DNA of 64,000 bases from Candidatus Bathyarchaeia archaeon. Its GTDB lineage: Archaea; Thermoproteota; Bathyarchaeia; Bathyarchaeales; Bathycorpusculaceae. Under the pieces are notes generated by a model. That model saw nothing but the letters and a program-made list of their open reading frames with translations. It was not told where the DNA came from and ran no database searches. This document shows, in pieces, positions 20,204 to 29,869 of this stretch; positions within the stretch are counted from its first letter, which is position 1, and each line of letters starts with the position of its first letter. The translations under genes and the position numbers were made by a program. The DNA lies in assembly GCA_038883795.1 (NCBI GenBank), contig JAVZLK010000001.1:128001-192000 (forward strand), read 5' to 3'.

Positions 20204-21409
20204 TTATGGTAACATATCTGCATTTTTTGCCAGTACGGGTATTTCGTTCTTTTTTATATACATAAAATCAAGATATTTCATAGCATTACCGGTTAAATAG
20301 AGAAGTACGTTTTCATCCTTCTCAATAGTTCCGTCATTTTCGAGTTTGTTTAATGCCGTTAGGGTTGCGGAGGCTTCTGGACATGCATACACGCCGTTTT
20401 TGAGAAGGGTCTTCATTGAAGCGATTATTTCTGTGTCATCTACTGCTACTGCCGTGCCCTTCGTTTCTCTTATTGCTCGTAAGACGAGATAGCTTGCGTA
20501 GGGACGGGGAACTCTCAAACCTGCCGCTATGGTTTCAGCGTTTTCCCAAGCCTCTTTTACTTCCGCATCTCCGTTTTTATATGCCTTGACTAAGGGGGCG
20601 CAGCCAGTAGACTGAACAATAATCAGCCTTGGAATTTTTTCTGTCCAGCCGAGTTGTATTAAATCTTTGAAGCCTTTCCAAAGTCCTATTATTCCTTCGC
20701 CTCCGCCTGTTGGGAAGATTATGTTATCTGGTAAATCCCAATTGAATTGTTCTGCAATTTCAAATGCCATGGCTTTGTAGCCTTCATATCTGTAGGGTTG
20801 CTTGTTGGTGGAAACATCTAACCATCCATAATCTTTTCCAAACTTTTTCACCATGTCTGCGGCGTCATTTATCAAACCATCAACAAGATACACTTTGGCG
20901 CCCATAGAAACGCATTCTTTAATGTTGCATTCTGGCGCATCCTTTGGCATGAAAACATAAACTTCCATTCTAGCCTTCGCTCCATAAGCAGCTAAAGCTG
21001 CTGCAGCGTTTCCAGCAGAAGGCAAAGCAACCCGCTTAACTTTTAACTCTTTAAGCCTAGAAACAGCCACAGCCATCCCTCGAGCTTTAAAGGTTCCTGT
21101 GGGAAGCCTCCCGTCGTCCTTCAAAAAGACTTTTGAAACTGCTTTGCTGCCCCTATGAAATCTTAGTATGGGCGTGTAGGGTTCTCCTAAAGAAACTATG
21201 CTGTTAGGCGATGATAAGGGAAGAAGTTCTTTGAACTTCCAAAAGGTATCTTCCCTAAACTCTAAATCACTTTTGGAAACCTTTTCGGAAACTCTTGCTA
21301 AATCATATTGAAATAGAAGGGCTCCACCACATTTTGGGCATACAGTTAAAACATTGTCTGAGGGGTAAACTTCTCCGCATCTGCTGCATTCAGCCCCGAC
21401 TGTGAACAT
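20204..21409 (-). CDS. thrC: Threonine synthase (PLP fold II)
   Basis: N-terminal CxxC..CxxC, PTGTFKARG, SAGNA, PTGGG. Confidence 0.88.
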   Translation of the reverse strand: MFTVGAECSRCGEVYPSDNVLTVCPKCGGALLFQYDLARVSEKVSKSDLEFREDTFWKFKELLPLSSPNSIVSLGEPYTPILRFHRGSKAVSKVFLKDDGRLPTGTFKARGMAVAVSRLKELKVKRVALPSAGNAAAALAAYGAKARMEVYVFMPKDAPECNIKECVSMGAKVYLVDGLINDAADMVKKFGKDYGWLDVSTNKQPYRYEGYKAMAFEIAEQFNWDLPDNIIFPTGGGEGIIGLWKGFKDLIQLGWTEKIPRLIIVQSTGCAPLVKAYKNGDAEVKEAWENAETIAAGLRVPRPYASYLVLRAIRETKGTAVAVDDTEIIASMKTLLKNGVYACPEASATLTALNKLENDGTIEKDENVLLYLTGNAMKYLDFMYIKKNEIPVLAKNADMLP

Positions 21410-21548
21410 ATAGTTTCCCGAATAATTGTAAGAGAGAAATCCTTTAAGTTTATTGTGAAAACTTCAACCATAAGCATATTTTACATAAAACTCATATAGA
21501 AGGATGCTTCTATCCGATAATCTTCAAACTTTAAAAGGAGATGAAGAA

Positions 21549-23084
21549 ATGACTGAAAAAGCACCATCAAGTTATAAGAGGTTGATGGAAAAAGTTAGGG
21601 ATTTACTAACTCTTCAGTCTGCCATTTCCATCATCCACTGGGACATGGAAACAATGATGCCACCGAAAGCAATTACGCTACGAAGCCAACAATTAGCCCT
21701 CCTTAGCCGAATCGAACATAGAATGAGCACAGATCCTGAAGTAGGCAAGCTGTTGGAGGAGGTTATGCGCCCTTCGGAATACGAGAAGCTCGACGTAATT
21801 CAAAAAAGAAACGTGTATTTGATAAAGAAGCAGTATGATGAAAAGACAAAGATTCCAGAAGAACTTGTTGCAGAAATAGCAAAACAACAAGCTATAACCG
21901 TGGATGTCTGGAAAAAAGCCAAAGCAGCCAGAAACTTCGCTATGTTCAAGCCTGAACTTGAAAAACTTGTCGAATTAGAGAAGAAGGCTGCAGAAATTTT
22001 GATGAAAGTAAAAGAAACCGCCACGCCCTACGATGCATTAATAGATATTTTTGAACCAAAAATGACGGCAAAAACAATAACAAAAGTTTTTAATGAACTA
22101 AGAGAAGGTTTGGTTTCCCTACTGAAAAAATGTGAAGCTGCTCCAAAACAACCAGACGTAAGCATTCTCAAACGCAAAGTTCCAATAGATGTGCAGAGAA
22201 AAATTGCTAAAGCGCTTGCCGAAGTTGTCGGTTATGATATAGAGTCAAAAGAAGCCGGAGGCAGACTTGACGAAACAGAACATCCTTTCACAACAGGTTA
22301 TTATGATGATGTGCGGATAACCACGCATTATTATGAAGACAACTTCACATCTTCAATATTTTCAGTGTTACATGAAGCAGGACACGCTCTCTACGAGCAA
22401 AACTTGAAAAAAGAATGGATGTTTCAGCCTGTAGGAACAAGCTGCTCTTCAGGCTTCCACGAATCCCAATCTCGGTTTATAGAAAACATAATCGGAAGGT
22501 CCCGTGAATTTTGGATTTATTTCCTGCCAAAAATGAAGGAAATTGCGGGCAACATCCTTTCTGATGTGAATTTGGAAACTTTTGTCCACGCTATTAATCA
22601 AGTTACGCCTTCAAAAATCCGCGTTGAAGCCGATGAAGTAACCTATGGACTTCACATAATAATAAGGTTCAATATGGAAAGAGACCTTTTCGCCGACAAA
22701 ATAACTGTGAAAGAACTTCCAGAAATATGGAACCAACATTACAAGGAATATTTAGGAGTCAAAATTGAAAATGATTCTGAAGGTGTAATGCAGGACACCC
22801 ACTGGGCCAGCGGATTGTATGGATACTTCCCAAGTTATGCCTTAGGCAATATTTATAGCGGCCAAATCCTCGCAGTCATGGAAAAAGACCTTAAAAACTG
22901 GAAGGAACAAATTGCAAAGGGAAACATAAATGACGTGAAGGAATGGCTAGTCAAAAACATTCACTCCTATGGAAACCTCTATGATCCGGAAGAGCTTATA
23001 AGAAAAATCACTGGAAAAGGCTTGACTGTTAAACCATACTTAAACTATCTGAACGAAAAATACTCTGAACTTTATGGCTTTTAA
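21549..23084 (+). CDS. Carboxypeptidase M32 (Taq-type)
   Basis: HPF, DVRITT, HEAGH, HESQS, IRVEADE, QDTHW, GYFPSY. Confidence 0.95.
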   Translation: MTEKAPSSYKRLMEKVRDLLTLQSAISIIHWDMETMMPPKAITLRSQQLALLSRIEHRMSTDPEVGKLLEEVMRPSEYEKLDVIQKRNVYLIKKQYDEKTKIPEELVAEIAKQQAITVDVWKKAKAARNFAMFKPELEKLVELEKKAAEILMKVKETATPYDALIDIFEPKMTAKTITKVFNELREGLVSLLKKCEAAPKQPDVSILKRKVPIDVQRKIAKALAEVVGYDIESKEAGGRLDETEHPFTTGYYDDVRITTHYYEDNFTSSIFSVLHEAGHALYEQNLKKEWMFQPVGTSCSSGFHESQSRFIENIIGRSREFWIYFLPKMKEIAGNILSDVNLETFVHAINQVTPSKIRVEADEVTYGLHIIIRFNMERDLFADKITVKELPEIWNQHYKEYLGVKIENDSEGVMQDTHWASGLYGYFPSYALGNIYSGQILAVMEKDLKNWKEQIAKGNINDVKEWLVKNIHSYGNLYDPEELIRKITGKGLTVKPYLNYLNEKYSELYGF

Positions 23085-23145
23085 CGCCTCCTTCTTTCAC
23101 TGCACATTATACAGTTTTATACATTCTCAAATGAGGGAGGCCAGA

Positions 23146-23560
23146 TCCGACACCAGCCGACACCAAAAAATCCAACAAAATGCAGCGAAATGTCTATTTA
23201 TATTTGTTATACCGACAGTTTTATATACAACTTTGAAATTTAACATCTATTGGTGGACTTAAAGTGTCGGAATACAATTTCAAAAAGCCAGAATCAAGGG
23301 AGGAACTTATCAGAGTATTGACGGATGCTGCCAGAAGAGAAATGCAGGAACGAATTCGCGCCAAGGAAAAACCGACAAAACCTACAGTTTCAGGAACAGC
23401 GAAAATTTTGAATATTCATAGGGATACGCTTTATACTTGGCTTAAGGAGTTTAATGTCGATTTTGATGATATTTGTAAACAAGTTTCTACGAAAGTTTTG
23501 TCGGAAACTGTGGAAGCGCCTGGAAAATATACCTATTTAATCGGCGAAGCCCTTGTCGGA
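23146..23560. promoter_or_regulatory. Cluster of CCGACA/TGTCGG sites over the fae-hps promoter and 5' end (putative operator array)
   Basis: CCGACA at 23147, 23157, 23212, 23372; TGTCGG at 23265, 23499, 23554. Confidence 0.5.
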
Positions 23561-24721
23561 GAGGGTAATGAGGTTGCGCATATTGATCTTTTGATAGGGG
23601 ATAAGGATGGGCCTGTTGGAGAGGCTTTTGCTCAAGGGCTTTCTAATCTTTCTATGGGGCACACGCCATTATTAGCGGTTATAAGGCCTAATCTTCCACC
23701 TAAACCTCATACTTTGCTTGTGCCAAAGGTTACTGTGAATAAGTTTGAAGATGCAAACAAGATTTTTGGTCCGGCGCAGGCTGCTGTGGCGAAGGCTGTT
23801 GCGGATGCTGTTGAGGAGGGGATTATTCCTAAAGAGAAGGTGGATGATTGGGTTATAATTTGCAGCGTTTTCATGCACCCCCAAGCTAGCGATTATCGGA
23901 AAATATACCACTATAACTATGGAGCAACCAAGCTGGCTTTAAAGAGAGCATTGGCAAAGTATCCTTCATTGGAGAAGGTTTTCTATGATAAGGATAGAGC
24001 TAAACATCCAATAATGGGATTCAGAGTGCCACGCCTTTGGAGACCACCATATCTGCAAATATCTTTGGACATACCAGACTTGGATAGAACTAGAAAGATT
24101 ATAGCTCAGATTCCTCGCAGCGACAGAATAATATTGGAGGCCGGAACGCCGCTAATTAAGCGCTATGGAACAAGGGTGATAAGCGACCTTCGAGATGTTG
24201 CCAAAGATGTTTTCTTCATTGCAGATTTGAAAACTTTAGATGTTGGAAAGGTTGAAGTTGACTTGGCTTATGATGAAACCGCAGACGCCGTTATCGCTGC
24301 AGGATTAGCCCCGGAAGAAACCCTTAACGCCTTCATTCACGAAGCAAAAAGACTTGGAATATATGCAGTGGTGGACATGCTAAACGTAGAAGATCCTATC
24401 AAAAAGTTGAAGACGCTTAGAGAATTTCCCGACGTAGTAATCATCCATAGAGGAATCGACGAAGAAAGCGGAAGGACAATAGGATTGGAGCTAATACCAG
24501 AACTGCGGAAAACCTTCAGCGACAAGCGCTTTTTGATTGCCGTGGCAGGCGGCATAGTGCCAGAAACTGCTAAAGAGGCTTTAGAAAAAGGCGCCGACAT
24601 AATCGTTGTTGGGAGGTATGTGACGCAGTCAAAGGACATTGAAAGGGCTGTGAGGGAGTTCCTTGAGCTTACGCCTTCCATGAGAGAAGACATAGACTTG
24701 TTCAGAGTTCACGTAGAATAG
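23264..24721 (+). CDS. fae-hps: Bifunctional formaldehyde-activating enzyme / hexulose-6-phosphate synthase with N-terminal HTH
   Basis: Fae: [40 protein letters not shown]; HPS: [25 protein letters not shown]; about 85 extra N-terminal residues with an HTH pattern. Confidence 0.92.
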   Translation: MSEYNFKKPESREELIRVLTDAARREMQERIRAKEKPTKPTVSGTAKILNIHRDTLYTWLKEFNVDFDDICKQVSTKVLSETVEAPGKYTYLIGEALVGEGNEVAHIDLLIGDKDGPVGEAFAQGLSNLSMGHTPLLAVIRPNLPPKPHTLLVPKVTVNKFEDANKIFGPAQAAVAKAVADAVEEGIIPKEKVDDWVIICSVFMHPQASDYRKIYHYNYGATKLALKRALAKYPSLEKVFYDKDRAKHPIMGFRVPRLWRPPYLQISLDIPDLDRTRKIIAQIPRSDRIILEAGTPLIKRYGTRVISDLRDVAKDVFFIADLKTLDVGKVEVDLAYDETADAVIAAGLAPEETLNAFIHEAKRLGIYAVVDMLNVEDPIKKLKTLREFPDVVIIHRGIDEESGRTIGLELIPELRKTFSDKRFLIAVAGGIVPETAKEALEKGADIIVVGRYVTQSKDIERAVREFLELTPSMREDIDLFRVHVE

Positions 24722-24831
24722 TCTTTGCTAACCCACTTTTAAAATAATTGTTTCTGGCAAATTTCTCCATTTTTCGTAAATCCTTAATAGAGAGAATTTC
24801 AACTTTCATAACACTACGGGGAAAAACTTTC

Positions 24832-25272
24832 ATGCCAAAGTTCAAAGTGATCATATCAGACCCAGAAACAGGAACATCAAAGGCAATAGAGCTCGAGGAG
24901 GCTCGGGCACTTCCGTTGATTGGAAAGAAAATAGGCGACATAGTGGACGGGTCAGTAGTGGATTTGCCTGGTCATAAAATACAGATTATGGGTGGCTCCG
25001 ACAAGGATGGTTTTCCAATGAGACCGAACGTTCATGGTGGAGTCCGCAGAAAAGTGATTCTAAGCGGAGGGGTAGGATTTAATCCAAAGAGTGAAGGGGC
25101 TAGGAGACGTAAAACAGTTCGTGGAAACGTGATAACTGATGAAATTGTTCAAGTAAACATGAAAATTGTTGAGAAGCCAAAGAAGCCAAAGGAGAAAAAG
25201 AAAACAAAAGAAGAGAAGGAAAAAGAAGCTGAAGAGGCATCAGAAACATCCACAAGCGAACAAGAAGCCTAG
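24832..25272 (+). CDS. rps6e: 30S ribosomal protein S6e
   Basis: FKVIISDP, GGSDKDGFPM, RRRKTVRGN; charged C-terminal tail. Confidence 0.95.
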   Translation: MPKFKVIISDPETGTSKAIELEEARALPLIGKKIGDIVDGSVVDLPGHKIQIMGGSDKDGFPMRPNVHGGVRRKVILSGGVGFNPKSEGARRRKTVRGNVITDEIVQVNMKIVEKPKKPKEKKKTKEEKEKEAEEASETSTSEQEA

Positions 25273-25327
25273 AGTCAACATTTATTAGCTTGCACAAGTT
25301 TAACCATTCTAATAATTTGCAAGGTTT

Positions 25328-26590
25328 ATGGGAAAAGAAATGAGCAGTGAAAAACACACCAACATACCAAAACAACCTGAAATTAACATAGGCACCATAG
25401 GTCATGTTGACCACGGCAAGACAACTTTGGTGCAAGCGTTAACTGGTGTTTGGGCGTCAAGGCATAGTGAAGAATTAAAGAGGGGCATAACAATAAAATT
25501 GGGCTATGCCGACATGCCAGTTTACAAATGCCCAAAATGCGAACCGCCCAAAAATTATTCCACAAAACCAGTGTGCCCAAATTGTAATTCAAAAACAACT
25601 TTTTTTAGAGCCATAAGTTTCGTTGACGCCCCAGGTCATGAGGCGTTGATGGCGACTATGCTTTCAGGAGCCGCAATAATGGATGGCGCATTACTAGTGA
25701 TAGCTGCTGATGAACCATGTCCTCAACCACAAACCAGAGAACATCTTGCAGCCGCCGAGATAATAGGCATAAAGAACATAGTTATCGTACAAAACAAGAT
25801 TGATATTGTAGACGAGAAAAGGGCACGCGAAAACTATAATGAAATTAAAAATTTTGTCAAAGGAACCATAGCTGAAAACGCCCCAATAATTCCCGTTTCG
25901 GCACAGCGTGGAGTCAACATAGATGTTCTCCTACAAGCCATCGAAGAGTTTATACCCACACCAAAAAGAGACGAAACAAAACCTCCACTTATGTATATAG
26001 TTCGTTCCTTCGACGTTAACAAACCAGGTACTCTAATTGAAAAGTTGGAAGGCGGCGTAATTGGAGGAACGATACTTCAAGGCAAATTTGTGGTGGGAGA
26101 TGAAATTGAAATTCGTCCAGGAGTAGTATTGGAGAAGGAAGGAAAGGGCAACTATAACCCTCTTTTTAGCCAAATTGTAAGTTTGCATGCTGGTGGAAGA
26201 AGCGTAAATGACGCCCATTGTGGTGGACTAGTCGGTGTCGGAACTCTGTTAGACCCGTCCTTTTCAAAAGCCGATGGCTTAACTGGAAACATCGCTGGAA
26301 AATCGGGAATGCTGCCGCCAACTTTGTCGGAGTTAACATTAGAAACAAATGTTTTGGAGCGCGTGGTTGGAACGAAAGAACTTTTGAAAGTTGAAGAGAT
26401 AGGCATGAATGAAAACCTTCTTCTGCACGTGGGTGCTGCCATAACCCTTGGGAAAGTGGTTTCAGTAAAAGGAGAAAAGGTTACAGTCAAGCTTACAAGA
26501 CCCGTATGTGCACAAAAAGGTTCAAGAGTTGCCCTAAGTAGAAAAATTGCAGGCAGATGGAGACTCATAGGATATGGAATGATACAGTAA
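25328..26590 (+). CDS. eif2g: Translation initiation factor 2 gamma subunit
   Basis: QPEINIGTIGHVDHGKTT, EELKRGITIKLGY, DAPGHE, RWRLIGYG. Confidence 0.97.
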   Translation: MGKEMSSEKHTNIPKQPEINIGTIGHVDHGKTTLVQALTGVWASRHSEELKRGITIKLGYADMPVYKCPKCEPPKNYSTKPVCPNCNSKTTFFRAISFVDAPGHEALMATMLSGAAIMDGALLVIAADEPCPQPQTREHLAAAEIIGIKNIVIVQNKIDIVDEKRARENYNEIKNFVKGTIAENAPIIPVSAQRGVNIDVLLQAIEEFIPTPKRDETKPPLMYIVRSFDVNKPGTLIEKLEGGVIGGTILQGKFVVGDEIEIRPGVVLEKEGKGNYNPLFSQIVSLHAGGRSVNDAHCGGLVGVGTLLDPSFSKADGLTGNIAGKSGMLPPTLSELTLETNVLERVVGTKELLKVEEIGMNENLLLHVGAAITLGKVVSVKGEKVTVKLTRPVCAQKGSRVALSRKIAGRWRLIGYGMIQ

Positions 26591-27001
26591 ATGACAACTT
26601 CAGACAAAAAAACAATAAAAGTAATTTTAGACTCAAACGCCTTATTTGTCCCGCTCCAATTTAAAATTGACATTTTTGAAGAGTTGCGAACCTTGTTGGA
26701 TAGAAATTTTGAGCCCATTTTGCTTTTGCCTGTTAAGCGTGAGCTTGAAAGGTTGGCGAATGAAGGTTCTCCGAAAATGAGGAAAAATGCTTCTTTTGCT
26801 TTAGAGCTTGCTGAAAAATGTAAGTTAGTTTATGATGAATTTACGGCATCTGCTGATGAGGCGATTATCCAAGTGGCCAAAAAATGGAAATGCCCAGTGT
26901 TTACGAATGATAAATTGTTGCGAAAGAGGCTAAGAGATATAAATGTGCCAGTTATTTATGTGAGGCAAAAATCACATCTAGAAATTGACGGGAGGATGTA
27001 A
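26591..27001 (+). CDS. PIN-domain protein (Fcf1/Utp23-like)
   Basis: VILDSNAL..ADEAII..FTNDKLL; standard position after eIF2gamma. Confidence 0.88.
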   Translation: MTTSDKKTIKVILDSNALFVPLQFKIDIFEELRTLLDRNFEPILLLPVKRELERLANEGSPKMRKNASFALELAEKCKLVYDEFTASADEAIIQVAKKWKCPVFTNDKLLRKRLRDINVPVIYVRQKSHLEIDGRM

Positions 27002-27005
27002 CCTC

Positions 27006-27599
27006 TTGTTCAAACTTATAACATTAGAAGATACAATCCGCATACCGCCAGAAACCTTCGGCAACCCCTTGGAAGCGGTAGGCTACCAACAGGTCAAGGC
27101 AAAATATGAAGGGGTTGTGGACGAAGAATTAGGATACGTAATAGCTGTAACCGAGGTGAAAGTAAGCCCCATTGGAAAAATAATTCCAGGCGACGGCGCT
27201 GCATATCACAAGGTAACCTTTTCCTTACTAACATTCTATCCCAAAATTCAGGAAGTGGTGGAAGGAGAAGTTGTGGAGGTGGCCGATTTCGGCGCCTTCG
27301 TGCGCATAGGTCCCATTGATGCTTTATTGCATGTTTCACAGCTTATGGACGATTTCATTTCGTATGATGAGAAACAGGGAGTATTACTTGGAAAGGAAAC
27401 TAAGCGAAAACTTGCAAGCGGCGACCAGGTTCGTGTTCGGATAACAGCAGTTTCGCTAACGAGGGCTGGAGGTTCGGGGAAAATCGGTGTGACAGCAAGG
27501 CAGCCTTTTCTTGGCAAGTTGGAGTGGATTGATGAGGATGTGGAGAAAATAAAGAAGAAAGCAGAGAAACCTTCAGAAAAAGAAGAAGCAAAAAAATAG
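27006..27599 (+). CDS. rpoE1: RNA polymerase subunit Rpo7 (E')
   Basis: EVVEGEVVEVADFGAFVRIGPIDALLHVSQ S1 domain; RQPFLGKLEWI; TTG start. Confidence 0.95.
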   Translation: MFKLITLEDTIRIPPETFGNPLEAVGYQQVKAKYEGVVDEELGYVIAVTEVKVSPIGKIIPGDGAAYHKVTFSLLTFYPKIQEVVEGEVVEVADFGAFVRIGPIDALLHVSQLMDDFISYDEKQGVLLGKETKRKLASGDQVRVRITAVSLTRAGGSGKIGVTARQPFLGKLEWIDEDVEKIKKKAEKPSEKEEAKK

Positions 27600-27613
27600 A
27601 CAAAGGTGGGTGA

Positions 27614-27799
27614 ATGAGCGAAAAAGCCTGTGCAACATGTCATTTCATAACAAAAGAAAACGTATGCCCAAAATGCAAAACCTCATCCCTAAGCGATGAC
27701 TTCAGCGGTATAGTAATAGTTTTCGACCCAGAAAACTCAGCCATTGCAAAAGCCATGAACATTAAAGAGAAAGGACGATACGCATTAAAGGTCAGATAG
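27614..27799 (+). CDS. spt4: Transcription elongation factor Spt4 (RpoE'')
   Basis: ACxxC..CPxC..SAIAKAMNI..GRYALKVR. Confidence 0.94.
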   Translation: MSEKACATCHFITKENVCPKCKTSSLSDDFSGIVIVFDPENSAIAKAMNIKEKGRYALKVR

Positions 27800-28333
27800 A
27801 TGGGCATTTTATACGCATTAACACTAGAGCTGCGCATCAAACTTAAAAAGCCCTTAGGCACATTAATCCGAGGCTCATATACTGAAACAATGAAAAAGCT
27901 TTTAGAAATGATAAAGGAAGAGAAGCCTTCAACAATAATTTCTGTTGGAGACACCGTTTCAAAAAACATTATAGAAAATCAGATGATGCCTCAATTGGCG
28001 ATAGTGGATAACAGAGTCATGAGGAAAAGCATCCAACCAATCCCAACTACAGCAGAGGAAGTTATCCATGTAAAAAATCCGCCGGGAACAATAACTGAAG
28101 AGGCTGCAACCGCTATCCAAATGGCATTAAAAAGCAATCGTCATGTCAAAATAATTGTAGATGGAGAAGAAGATCTATTGGCTCTCATTGCTATTTTGCA
28201 TGCTCCCCAAAACTCCTTTGTTATTTACGGGCAACCTTATGAAGGCATAGTAATCGTTAAGGTCACGCAAGAGAAAAAGGCTGAGGTTTCCGAAATTTTG
28301 GAAGCGATGGAAACTGTTCGAAAAACTAAATAA
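27800..28333 (+). CDS. GTP-dependent dephospho-CoA kinase (DUF359)
   Basis: LKKPLG, SVGD, NPPGTIT, VDGEEDLLAL, YGQP. Confidence 0.9.
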   Translation: MGILYALTLELRIKLKKPLGTLIRGSYTETMKKLLEMIKEEKPSTIISVGDTVSKNIIENQMMPQLAIVDNRVMRKSIQPIPTTAEEVIHVKNPPGTITEEAATAIQMALKSNRHVKIIVDGEEDLLALIAILHAPQNSFVIYGQPYEGIVIVKVTQEKKAEVSEILEAMETVRKTK

Positions 28334-28374
28334 GAAGGGATGATATCAATCAACTCCACATTTGAGGAGCCAAC

Positions 28375-28686
28375 ATGGACATTAAGATAATATCCGACAA
28401 AAAGAACCCGCTGCTAAAAAGGAGGGAAGTTGAGTTTCTAGTGGAGCACACACAAACCGGCAGCACTCCACCCAGGCTTGAAGTTAGAAAGGCTGTGGCT
28501 AGCGCATTAAAAGCGGATATAGATTTGGTTGTTATCAAAAAATTTGAGACCAAGACAGGAACGAATGCCGCCGTTGGAATAGCAAATGTTTATGATTCCG
28601 TTGAACAGTTAAGGCTTATCGAACCTGAATACATTATTAAGCGGAATGTCCCCACTGAAAAACCAAAGGAAGAGGAAAAGGGATAA
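28375..28686 (+). CDS. rps24e: 30S ribosomal protein S24e
   Basis: NPLLKRREV, TPPRLEVR, EPEYIIKRN. Confidence 0.95.
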   Translation: MDIKIISDKKNPLLKRREVEFLVEHTQTGSTPPRLEVRKAVASALKADIDLVVIKKFETKTGTNAAVGIANVYDSVEQLRLIEPEYIIKRNVPTEKPKEEEKG

Positions 28687-28688
28687 AC

Positions 28689-28931
28689 ATGAGCGAAAAA
28701 GCGGAGGAAGTGCCGGAAGAGAAAAAGGAAGCTGGAAAAGTAGCTAAGGCTGAAAAGAGGAAGAAAAGGAAAAAGGGCGTTTTCTCATTATACAAAATTG
28801 AAAAAGATAAGGTTGTTAGATTGCGTCCAACATGCGAGCGATGTGGACCCGGATATTTTATGGCTGACCATGGCGACAGATACACTTGTGGACATTGCGG
28901 TTTTACACGGTACAAACCTACTGAGAAGTGA
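28689..28931 (+). CDS. rps27ae: 30S ribosomal protein S27ae
   Basis: CERCGPGYFMADHGDRYTCGHCG. Confidence 0.95.
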   Translation: MSEKAEEVPEEKKEAGKVAKAEKRKKRKKGVFSLYKIEKDKVVRLRPTCERCGPGYFMADHGDRYTCGHCGFTRYKPTEK

Positions 28932-28977
28932 ACAACTTTAAATCATGCGAATACATGATAATTTCAGATGAGCTTAG

Positions 28978-29400
28978 ATGATTAGAGTAAATGTTTCCAT
29001 AACTAATGTTTCTGCCGAACGCTTTTGGGATTTCCGAAAACCCATTCCACCCGTCCAAATAAACACAAACCTAAATCTTTTAGGAATGGAGAAAAAACCA
29101 GACGCTTTAGAAGTTCCCTTCGTTTTAACAATCAGCTTCAACCCTTCTATAGCCCAAATAAGCCTAAAGGGCAGAGCCTATGTGGTTGGAGATGCAAACG
29201 ACATCGAAAAAATATATAAGGATTACGAGGAGAAAAAGCCGCCGCCACCAGTCATTGTGCAATCAATTTCCAACGTTGTCTTCATAGAATCCGTGATAAT
29301 TTCTAAGACGCTAAATATTCCGCCGCCAATTCCACTACCACAAATACCAGAAGCTAAACAGCCTAGCAAAAAACCTTCAGAAAGGGATTATAGTGCATAA
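28978..29400 (+). CDS. Conserved archaeal protein, possibly SecB-like fold
   Basis: Four beta strands, then helices and a PPPIPLP tail; fold call is inference. Confidence 0.6.
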   Translation: MIRVNVSITNVSAERFWDFRKPIPPVQINTNLNLLGMEKKPDALEVPFVLTISFNPSIAQISLKGRAYVVGDANDIEKIYKDYEEKKPPPPVIVQSISNVVFIESVIISKTLNIPPPIPLPQIPEAKQPSKKPSERDYSA

Positions 29401-29404
29401 AATT

Positions 29405-29809
29405 TTACTTTAATGGAACATACATTGAAGAACGGGATGCGCCTATACCTGGAGTTCCATGCTTTACTGGTTTATTGGTTATCGCAAACTCGCCAAGATA
29501 ATGCCCAATCATTTCCGGCTTAATTTCAACGGGAACAAATTCCTTTCCATTATGAACAAATATCGTGAGCCCAACCATTTCGGGAAGAATAATCATGTCC
29601 CGCACATGAGTCTTAATCTTAACGTTGCCTCCCTTTCTAAGGGCTTCTTTGGCTTCTCTTATTTTCTCAAGCAATATCCTCTGCTCGGGTGTTAGGCCAC
29701 GCTGGAAACTTCTTCTCTGCCTTGAAGGAAGCAGATTTATGAATTCATCCATGGACAAATTTTGCAGTTGGTTAAGGGTATATCCGCGATAGGTGAACTC
29801 CTTTGGCAT
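29405..29809 (-). CDS. rps19p: 30S ribosomal protein S19
   Basis: [36 protein letters not shown]. Confidence 0.97.
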   Translation of the reverse strand: MPKEFTYRGYTLNQLQNLSMDEFINLLPSRQRRSFQRGLTPEQRILLEKIREAKEALRKGGNVKIKTHVRDMIILPEMVGLTIFVHNGKEFVPVEIKPEMIGHYLGEFAITNKPVKHGTPGIGASRSSMYVPLK

Positions 29810-29869
29810 TTTATCACTCCACCATGATTGCAGTTACATTAAATGCTATAAACCTTCTGTTGTTTTTAA

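Larger units (their letters stand above)
17862..20206. mobile_element. Integrase-less genomic islet bounded by a duplication of the tRNA-Glu 3' end
   Basis: TCCCGCCCGGAGCATT(A/T)AATTTTA at 17862-17885 and 20183-20206 (23/24 identical); cargo is a TA pair and a HEPN protein. Confidence 0.8.

Noticed and set aside
26152-26718. Long antisense ORFs (also 38206-38823, 29891-30367, 32033-32515)
   Set aside because: They lie opposite well-conserved genes and show no recognisable motifs.
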